A stretch of 46,319 nucleotides of DNA from Chromera velia (lineage: Eukaryota), in assembly GCA_018398765.1 (NCBI GenBank), contig JAHBMJ010000503.1:1-46319 (forward strand), in the 5' to 3' direction. The translations under genes were made by a program, and so were the position numbers. The notes beneath the pieces are model-generated. The model had not been told where the DNA came from. It saw nothing but the letters and a program-made list of their open reading frames with translations, and searched no databases. Of the stretch, positions 36,957 through 46,319 are shown piece by piece (position 1 is the stretch's first letter; every line of letters begins with the position of its first letter).

Positions 36957-39900
36957 TAGGGCTTGAAAAAGTTGCACCTCAGAAAAGGTGCAAATCAAAA
37001 AGCTGCACCAGATGCACCTGTTTTGCACCAGATGCACCTGTTTTGCACCTGATTGAATAGAATTGGGTGAAAAGTATCAGCGTCATGGCTATTTAACGCG
37101 CCGCGGCCCCGCCCTCACGGCTCTCCGCGGCCCATGCATGCAAATGTGTTGCCGGGCCGCGGTGTGCGCGGAACAAGGCCTATTAGCCGATTTTAAAATA
37201 AAAATTGGCTAAATACAAGGCCGGTCATTGAATGCGCAAGTATGTGCGCTCTTGGATTCTAAAGCTGTTTTTTGCATCAAATCAAATCTACATATGTTGA
37301 CTTCTTCTCTTTGCAGCATGAGAACTGTTTTATTCAATTTGGCTACTCTATATAACACAAACGACTATGTACACATAACAATGAGAAGTATAAGAAAGCA
37401 AAAGGATCAGAACAACAGGTTTAAGTCAAGAAGCTGAGCCAGCAGACTGAGTCCGTTTGCATGCACAATGCTAAACGGTTTGCCGGGAGGAAAACAGCTT
37501 TACCCACCTTTAGTAGCAATCTAAAAATGAATACTAATGCATGGCTAGCACGGCCGAGGGCTTGCCTTTGTATAGCACGCGGTTCACGCGGGAGTAGCAC
37601 AGTGGAAAAAGGTTTAGACAAGCTACAGCTCCTTAGCTGAGATAAGCTGGAGCTTGCGCTCTAGCTTGTGCTCCTCTCTCTTAGATGTCTAGCCTCGAAA
37701 CCACGGATAGCGCGCGGCCAGGCCTGCTTAGCCAGCAGAAGTGCACGTTTGCACGAAGGTTTACGCCGCCAGCCCGTGCAGATAAGAGATAAGAGGGCTG
37801 TGCGGCATGGCGCGGGTTATCAAAAACAGCGCGCGCAAACTTACCCCAGCCGGCACTTTGCGGCCTCGGCATGTCTCAGGCTACGATCGGGGGCCACGCC
37901 CCACAAAAAGAGATCAAACTCTTTTTTGCAAAAACGGCTCTGACAATCTAAAAGCAAAGCAGTGGAATGGTCAGGCCTGACTTAGTAGGTTAGGTCCTCC
38001 GTTTGTCATATTTGAAAATTCTGAAACACTCATATGACTCGTTCTTGATCGTCTCTCTACAATGGTCAGTGAGTTGCTCAGCTCCTGTTCTTTTTTCCTA
38101 CCCTGTGCACGCCCCATATAGTTTATCATCCATGGTTATATACTAGTTATAATATAACACATACGTAGGCAGATATGATTGACACCATACCTGCGACTAT
38201 AGGTTTATTGGTTATGCGTTATCAGGTAAAACACATAAAAATTTAGTAAAATTCTTAAATTTTACTGAACTTTTAAATTACGATTCCCTCTCCAATCTTT
38301 CCCCAGTTATGTCTGCATGAGGCAGACTATAGTTGGCATCGATTTGAGTTTTGGGATCAGTAGGAATGATTCTAGGTTGAACCGCCTCGGAGTTCAAAGG
38401 CTGGGCGGATCAGTGCTAATGATAAAACCGAGACCTTGACTACGGTCAGGCCAAGGTTTACTCATCTAATATTTAGCTAGGGCAACACCGCCGTTAGCAG
38501 CACGTGCACCCAGCCCTCAAATCGTTCCTTGCTTCTCTCCTTGCTTACTTGAACAAGTAAGTAAGGATAAATCCTTAGGTTATACTTTCTATAGCAAATC
38601 TTTAAGAGGGGAGGTTAGTGCGGGTCTGAGTTCCTTTAGGCAGTGTCGGCTGCTTAAGCGTGAACTAGGCCAATGCAGTGCTGTACGGAGATTCTTTTCG
38701 ACATGAAGAAGAGAAGCAGAAACAGCACACACGTGTACGGAAACATGCATACACGAAGGTACGTTGACACTCTCCCTCTCGGTTGCAGGTAAAGACTTTT
38801 GAAACCTGGTACCATATGCTCTTTTCGATTGGCGGGCTCGATCTATCTTGGTCAGTGAGAGTGGAATTGGCTTGATTATTCACTTTGGTGCTTTACATTA
38901 GAGAGTGAAACCATTCTGACGGTCGATTCGCCACTTCCGTCTGCTGATGGCTTAACGTCAAATTTATATGCTCACATACAGATCTGTATCTGTACTATCT
39001 GACTTTCTGTCATGCCACGGCTTGTTGTTGCATTTGGTACTTCCAGAGGGTTTGAAGTCTGTCTGTGGAGTGAAGTGCAGCTTTCCTAGGGGTGTTTATA
39101 CCTTTGTTCGCATGCTGTTAGTCATACCAGTCCTGCATTCCGGTCATTGCGGTGAATCATTTTTTACTGCTCAGGCTGGAGAGGGCCTGCAGAGCTACAA
39201 GCTTCCCAAGCGGAACGATTTGATTTGTTTCTATACGGGTGGCGATTATCCCTGGGTCGGGATGATGGGACGCGCCCTGGTGGACAGCTTCTTTAAAATT
39301 TCCTAGCTTCCAGGATGGGCAGTACATTAGGTTGGTGTGGAGGGAGTTGGAGAGTCTGAAGATTGACAAAGAAACAGGACAGCCCCCTGCTGACAAAAAA
39401 GAAACCAGCAAAGCAAAAGCTGGCGAAAGCCACCATGAAACCAAAAGACAAAGCCAAAGCCCCCCTTCCATCCACCCGCATCAGACCCGAGGAATTTCCA
39501 GGAAGAAAGATAACATACTGAAGTCGGTTTTTAAGTGGGACTTCAAGTGGGAGAAAGTCTGTGAGAGGTTTGCTCTCTCCTCTTCTTCTTCTCCTTTTTC
39601 TTCCTTTTCTTCCTGTTCTTCGTCCTCTGTTGTCGGTTTGGGGTGGGGTGGGGGGGTGAGTGAAGAGGATAGACAGGTTATGACGGGGTTAGGCTCAGAG
39701 TCTAACCCTTTGAGATCAGACCATATCAGACCCTCGCTTACATGTACATGCCCTTGCTCAGAGAAAAAATGCAAATCAAGATCAAAAATTGCTTTTGTTT
39801 CATTCTTTCTTCTTTTTCTTTCTCATAAAACCACACCTTTTGTCGTTGCTTTCTTTATGAGTTTGCTTTAAAGGGACATACATGCAGTTTGAAGGTTTTA

Positions 39901-40252
39901 TGGACCGTAGGGACAGAACTAGACTATGGTGCAGCATGCAAACGGCGCCAAACATATTCAAATATTGTAAATTCATGCAGAAAATACATTGGGCAGGTTA
40001 AAAACATTGCTTAAACTGGCTCATAAAGAGATGAAGTCATGAGACAATTGGGGACATGTTCTTCAATTGGAGTAAAAAACTTTTTTTTACCTATCGTCGC
40101 CTTTTTGCTTACATTTTAGGCTGTTTTATATAATACCAGTTTCTGTAGCTAATCTATATTATAAAAAGCTTTTAGGCCTTAAATGAGGCACCTTTTGGCC
40201 GCTAAAAACACTAGAAATCAGCCCTAGAAACCTAGTTTTTATAAGGTAAAGG
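36957..40252 (+). mobile_element. Probable hAT DNA transposon remnant (boundaries tentative)
   Basis: hAT-like terminus TAGGGCTTG at 36957 is followed by TGCACC subterminal repeats (36973-37049). The segment FPRGVYTFVRMLLVIPVLHSGHCGESFFT at 39082-39168 resembles the hAT C-terminal dimerisation motif. No matching TSD was found in the window. Confidence 0.4.
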
Positions 40253-40715
40253 TGATGAATCCGCTAGTGGGCAAGCTAGCGAGCTATATGGGGCTTTACA
40301 TACACACAACTTACTTGAGTCTACTTCGGTACTCGTCTGTCAGGTCCTTCATTGTTCCTTCGAGTCGTTCTGGTAAGATCCTTTCTGTATGGCTTGTCAA
40401 GTAATTCTTGCTTCGCATGTATACACGTCTGTATCGCTTTCCAAGTGAATTCAGATACATACATGGATGCAACGTCACGTCTGTTTCACGCTTTATGCTT
40501 CTTTCTGATACTGAGATCAGTCTCACTTCTGTTGCCATCTGTTATTGATGTGTTGCTTTGACAGTGTTGCTGCAACTGTGTTGTTTGCACCATTAAGGCT
40601 GCCGCACACCTGATACATGCTCGGCGGGCCGTCCGTTCTGTAGATCCGCTCCCGTGGCCGTGTGCGCCTGGCCCATCCCACGGCCCGTTGCCACTTTCTG
40701 AATTAGGGCACAACA
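40253..40715 (-). repeat. Gypsy 3' LTR
   Basis: TG...CA ends. Matches 45880-46319 once the MITE is removed. Abuts a purine tract on the minus strand. Confidence 0.85.
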
Positions 40716-40883
40716 ACCACTCCCCCCCTAACTCTGCTTGTCCTCGAGCAGATCCTGAAAAGAAAAAGACACAAGTCAACATGACACAAACCACTTGACC
40801 TTCGGGCCTCCCGATGTCCCGCCAGGTCTGCCAATTCATCAATGGATATCAACATAACAGGGGAATGAAATGACCAAGCAAAA

Positions 40884-43800
40884 TTAATTGACTTGATGCA
40901 TGATTCTTTCTCTCTCCTTCTCAAAGTCCCGAACAAGATCAGGGGCCTCCACCTCCTCTTCTGGCATCCATGCGAAGGTACCATTGTCGAACGAGACCCG
41001 GTACTCTTCCGTTCCTTCTTTTTCTCGAACAGCCAGTATGTGGGTAGGCTGAGGTTTCCCTCTCTTCTTATTTCCAGTACTGCTTTCTTTCACTTCTTCT
41101 TTCTCCACCTCCAATTCATCCCCCAATCCTAATTCATCCAAAAGGTCATCCTTATTGGGGTCTTCTCCGACCCGGAAAGATGACTTGGGGGTGCCTGGGG
41201 GAATTCTCTCTCCCCTTTCCTTCTCAAGGGCTGACACCCTTTCCTCAGTCTCTCTCTCCACTCTCTTTGCCGGCTGCCACAACATCAAACGATCTGTGCT
41301 AATGACGTCTCTCTCTTTTCCTCCCAGAGGGCGAATGACAGCAATATGCGGTCGGTCGTGAGGAACAATATATATCTGCCCCTCTTCAAATTTCGTTGCA
41401 AATTTTGGCTGTTTCCCCAAATTCGGCGTTGGCTTTTGGAGAAGTACACGATCCCCTAGATGGAATTTCTGTGTCATCTGAGGAGGATTGCTGTGTTTTC
41501 TTGCCTGCCTTTCCCTTTCTGCCCTTCTCCTTGCCCTGTCAACTCTCTCAATCTGTTGCTGCCTGATAAATCCTGCATACTCGTCATAACAGACAGGCGG
41601 TGCTCTCGCGCCTTCGGGAACGGGCGTGACTCGAAGAATGCTCTGAGGGTCATGCGCAAACATAAGAGCGAAGGGAGAGTACCCTGTCTCTGCATGCTTT
41701 GTCGTTGTGTAGGAGGCAAGGAAGGGCTGTAGATACAAGTCCCAATCCCCCCTCTCTTCATCAACCTGTTTCCCTAACCCCTGCACCAAGGTTTGGTTGA
41801 ATCTCTCTGGGATCGCGTTGCCCTGTAGATGGTAGCTGGTGGTGGTCAAGTGACGGGCTTTCACCAGCTTAAGCAACTCTTGCACAATCTCTGCAAAAAA
41901 ATTCGTTCCTCGGTCAGAAACAAAGGTCTCAATAAATCTATACCGACAAATGATTTCTTCAAAGAGGATCATCTTCGCCACCTTCCAAGCGGGGACCTCA
42001 GGCAATGCAAATACCTCAGGCCACCGGGTCAAAGCGCACGTGATGACAAGCATAAATCGGTTCTCCCTCCTGAATATCGGAACAGGGCCGACCACATCGA
42101 TGCCGACTCGCTGGAACGGTCGGGAGGGAATGGGAAGAGTCTGTGCATTTCGGCTCTTCGGCTGATTCCTTCTCTCTTGACATGGTCAGCACTTGTACAC
42201 CCACTCACGTGCGTCTTTTCTCAAACGGGGCCACCAGAATTCAGTGAGGAGTCGCTGAGAAAGTCTCTTTACTGCTGGGTGCCCACCCATTGGGTGGTCA
42301 TGATGCATGGTCAGGACGGTGTCCCTCAACGCCGGAGGGACATACAGCTGCTCAGCCCCCCCCTTTTCATATCGATAGAGGAGCCCGTCCCTGACATCAA
42401 ACGAATCCTCCTGCACCATCACATTCTTGCGTCGGCTCGTTTCCACTGGGAGCGTTCCTTCCTGCAAGTACCTGAACAGATCAGAGACAAAGGGATCAGA
42501 GGGAAGCGTAGCCTTCACTTTGTCCAAAAAGGGAACTGCCGCTTCCAGAGGGCTGACGCCCCCTACCTCCACCCCTGTAATCGATGCCTCCAGACCTGAA
42601 CGAATCGGGATGCTCCTATCTATGGAGAGGTTGCAATGCATGCAAAAAGGGGCTCCTGTGTCCATACTGTGTTCTGCAGGAAGCGGCATGTGCAAAAAGG
42701 AATCGGCATCCATATAGGCTTTTCCATCCTTGTGAAAAAATTTTGGTGCGTACTCCTGCAAAGCCCAAGCCCATTTCCCCACTCTCTTATTCGCCAGTTT
42801 GTTCTTCTCCATCGCTAAGTTTAGCTTGTGATCTATTTGGACAAACACTATGCTGCCCAGCAGGTAGTGCCTCCACTGTTGGCAGCAGTAGACTGTTGCC
42901 AACGCCTCCCTCTCGTGTGCTCCGTACTTTGGTTCTGCCTCCACAAGCGCCCTGCTCGTATACGCCACCGCTCTCTCTTTCCTATCCCTCACCTGCACAA
43001 GAACTCTCCCGATGGACACCTGACTAGCGTCCGGCTTTACGATGAATGGAGAACGCATGTTGGGGAAGGTCATGATCGGAGGCTCGGTGAGTCTCCGAGA
43101 AATTCCGAGGGCGCGTTCACGAGACCAAAGGGCATGCGCAGAAACTCATACAGCCCGAAAAGGGTTACGAAGGCTGTCTTCTCTCGGTCCTCCAGCTTCA
43201 GGAGAAGCTGGTAGAACCCGCTGGTGTAATCAAGGGCTGAGAAGACAGAAGAGCCTGCCAATTTGTCAAGCGTCTCCTGAATTCTCGGGAGAGGGAAGAG
43301 GTCTCTCTTTGTCACCTCGTTCAACCTCTTGAAGTTAAGACAGAAACGGGTGCTCCCATCTGGCTTCTTCATCAGCATAACAGACGCTGCCCATGGAGAA
43401 CGAGAGGGCTGAATAATGCCTGCCTCCTCCATCGCATCGATCTCTTTCTTCCCTTGCTCTCTTTCATGGTAGGGGACACGATCTTGATTCCAACGGATGG
43501 GGACACTCGTCTCCGTTGGGATCGTTGCATAATACGGCTGTCCCTCTACCTCCAGAGTGCCGAGATCGAAACGCTCTCATGACCACAGGTCGTTGAATTC
43601 CTCTAAAACCTGCACATAATCTCCCTTCCACTCCTTCGGCACTTCTCCCAGAACCTTCTCGAGATCGATTTTCGGAAGGTCCGTCTGCAAGGGAGAAGAA
43701 GGAGGACAATTGAGCGCAGTACCTGAACTCATGTCATTGGAAGAGAGGCGAGCAGAGGGAGCGACTGACCGAGGGTGTGATGGGGCCTGCTCTCCGGACC

Positions 43801-45814
43801 ATTTCTTAGACAGTTTTCCCGGGGACATGCGTTCACAACTCCTCAATCCCTCGGTCGCAGTCGTTGTCCTTGCTCCTGGATGCTCGGATGCTTTTGTGAC
43901 TGCAGAGACTGCAGCAATATGGACTGCCGACTCTGCAAATGAAAGGACTGTCTTTGGTCCTACTGTGAGTTTGACTCGGGAAATATTGGTGACTTCAATG
44001 ACTGCCACCCCTCCACGCACCACTACGAACTGTTCCGGAACTGCCAATCCCGGATGGGCACGGGGAAAATTCTTTCTGACCATCACCTCTGCCCCTTCAG
44101 GGGCATCCACAGAGACTCTCATCAACGCTTGGTGCCAATGGGGCATGCGAGTCCGCTTTAATGCGGAGACTACGGTTGGATGGAGACGGTCATCATAAAA
44201 TACATCAAATTCTGGGAGACCTTCCATATAGATTCTCTCATTGCGAGAGCAGTAGAAGATCTCCGGTGCCCTTGCCTGAAGGAAATTCATCCCCAAAATC
44301 AACTCATACCCTGAATTATTCTCTGTGACCAGCATAGGGTGCCCCACCGGTTTGGAAGAGTCGGTGGGGTGTGCAATCTGTACGTCCATCTCCCCCACTG
44401 TCGAAACCCCTTGATTTCCTATAGCTACCAAACCCAGAGAGGTTGCTCGTATCTCTCTTTCTCCCCTGTTTGCTACTGCTATATCAACTGAACTGACTTG
44501 TGCACCTGTGTCAATCAAACCTGTCACAACATACCCAGAAATCAATACAGAGACCCATGGCCTCGGGGCAGCTTTCACTCCTTTGCTTTTTACAGCAGAG
44601 CCGTCTGGAGCAAGAGACGGCCTGCGGGGTTTGTCTAGCTCCTCCCTCTCTCTTTCACCCCGCACAGCACCAGCCAACACACGAGCTGATGCAGGACTTC
44701 GAGGACACATAGGGGTGCTGCGAACAAGGGGGGAAGGAGGCGACTTCGTACTCAGGGCAGCCGGACCAGCCTCTAGGGCCGGCCGCGCTGTCCGTTTCCC
44801 GATGGGCAATCCGCTTTCCTGTGCTCCTTCGAGCCACAAATGCCACAGCCCCAGTAGTTCTGATGACCGACTATCCTCCACCCTGGTGGTTTGCTGCAGA
44901 GTCCTCTGCGGTCGTTCCTTCCGGCTGCAGGCGGTGCAGACTGGCCAGAGTACTGGGATCTGTGGGAGTTGTTGTAGCTTGGCTGCTGCTGGAGAGGGTG
45001 GTAGGAGCCTCTGTTGCTATTCTGGAGTTACTGTCTGAGAGCCGCGATCTCTGCTCTCAACTGGTCGACTGCTGTTCGGCTGTAGTCAGGCTGGGTTTGG
45101 AAATTGGGTGTCTGGGGTCCTCTCTGTTTACCCTTGAGTGTCTGCTGCCTGCATGGCTGCGAGCTTTGCGAGTCCTTTCTCCTTGCTGATCTGCTTGTGC
45201 AGGAACCTCACTCGGGTGATCAGTCGGGCCCAGTCGTTGATTGGCGGTTCGGATGTTAATCGCGAGTTGAGGTCTTCGTAAAGGGTCCCAATGATTCAGA
45301 AGGGAAGGATGCGTGCTTTTGTTTCATGGCCAGGGCTGGCCTTTCGATACTCTGCAAGGAAATGATCGAGGTGTTGATCGAAATCGCCTCCGGAGGACAG
45401 GCGATAGCTTCCGAGAGTATAGACCGCCTGTGTTTGTTCTTGGGGTGTGGGTCAGAATTTTTGGAGGAAAGAAGCCTCCAGTGCTGCCTCATTTGCACAC
45501 AAGTTTCCTTTCTCTTTCAACCAATCCGTGAAAAGGTCCCCCACCCTATGCTTCTGCACCAGAATCTTGAGTTCCTTGATATTCAAGTTTCTATGGGTGT
45601 ACTTAGCCTTGAAGAGGGTCCACCAAGTGTCTGCATCATGCTTCTTTGGGTCAAAGGGGTCGCAGATTAGCCGGATATCCAGAGTCTTCAGCTTTGCCAA
45701 ATCGACTGGCATGTTGTTGAGGTGGTCGAATAGGCTTGCAAGTGGAGCGTGTTCAGCTTCTTCTATGTTAGCAAAAAGGAAAAGATTGAGAAAGCTCCTT
45801 CCCGTACGAAGCAA
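40884..45814 (-). pseudogene. Gypsy gag-pol pseudogene
   Basis: Protease [45 protein letters not shown], then a deletion; RNase H PDAS..EREALA..DHK..DADS; IN HDHPMGGH..WWPRL, FVSDRGTNF, PERFNQTL; chromodomain ILAVREKEGTEEYRVSF..WMPEEEV. Stops at 42186, 43577 and 45452. Confidence 0.92.
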
Positions 45815-45879
45815 ACCCAGAATGTCGTGAAAAGGAAAGGGTGCAGAGGTCCCTCAAATCGGGAATGCTCTGCTGCCAC

Positions 45880-46319
45880 TGATGAATCCGCTAGTGGGCA
45901 AGCTAGCGAGCTATACAGGGCTCTACATACACACAACTTACTTGAGTCTACTTCAGTACTCGTCTGTTGGGTCCTTCATTGTCATGTTGAGTTGTTCTGG
46001 TGAGATCTTTTCTAGGTGACGCACAGTGGTAAAAAAAAAAAAAAGAATAGACATGTCGAGATTTTTTTTTTCTTTTTTTTTTTTTTAGTCTGGTGGTCAA
46101 AGGTCTAAGTAAACTTAGCAAAGGTAGGTTTTGTAGTTAGATGTGTTTTTGTTATATGTTTTGCACTTCCAATAAAATAATAGAAGAACAAAAAATAAAA
46201 AAGATTAGGCTTCTCCAGATTTTTTTTTTCTTTTTTTTTATCACTGTGCGTCGCTTAGGATCTTTTCTGTATGGCTTGTCAAGTAATTCTTGCTTCGCAT
46301 GTATGCACGTCTGTATCGC
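45880..46319 (-). repeat. Gypsy 5' LTR (partial, interrupted by a MITE)
   Basis: Matches 40253 onward; interrupted at 46012-46266. Confidence 0.9.
46012..46258. mobile_element. 247-bp non-autonomous TIR element (MITE) with 8-bp TSD GATCTTTT
   Basis: TIRs CTAGGTGACGCACAGTGGTAAAAAAAAA / TTTTTTTTTATCACTGTGCGTCGCTTAG. TSD at 46004-46011 and 46259-46266. The empty site is visible in the sister LTR (~40377-40384). Confidence 0.92.

Larger units (their letters stand above)
40253..46319 (-). mobile_element. Ty3/gypsy LTR retrotransposon with integrase chromodomain, internally deleted; right LTR runs off the window
   Basis: LTR 40253-40715 (TGATG...CAACA) repeats from 45880 onward. PPT at ~40717-40729; PBS TGGCAGCAGAGCATTCCC at 45861-45878. 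Domain order is gag-PR-RT-RH-IN-chromo. Confidence 0.93.

Overview
Eukaryotic genomic DNA with GT-AG introns full of CAGT/GCCT/GTCT/CA microsatellites. The style resembles a chromerid alveolate such as Chromera, but that is inference. From left to right: (1) a microsatellite-rich block with four homologous hairpin-forming cores; (2) a six-unit ~205-bp AT-rich satellite; (3) a ~710-bp foldback element; (4) an aquaporin (MIP) pseudogene whose first half is broken by clustered 4-nt palindrome-forming insertions; (5) a long minus-strand multi-exon coiled-coil gene with a triplicated exon and a 63-bp repeat; (6) a TA-flanked palindromic MITE; (7) an apparently intact 7-exon, 805-aa gene (N-acylation motif, Cys cluster, HET-like domain, RNI-like LRRs); (8) a full-length degenerate Ty1/copia element with a 5-bp TSD but AG...CT termini; (9) a probable hAT remnant; (10) a chromodomain-bearing Ty3/gypsy element lacking the YxDD part of RT, with a 247-bp MITE in its right LTR. 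All calls come from reading the sequence; no database searches were run.
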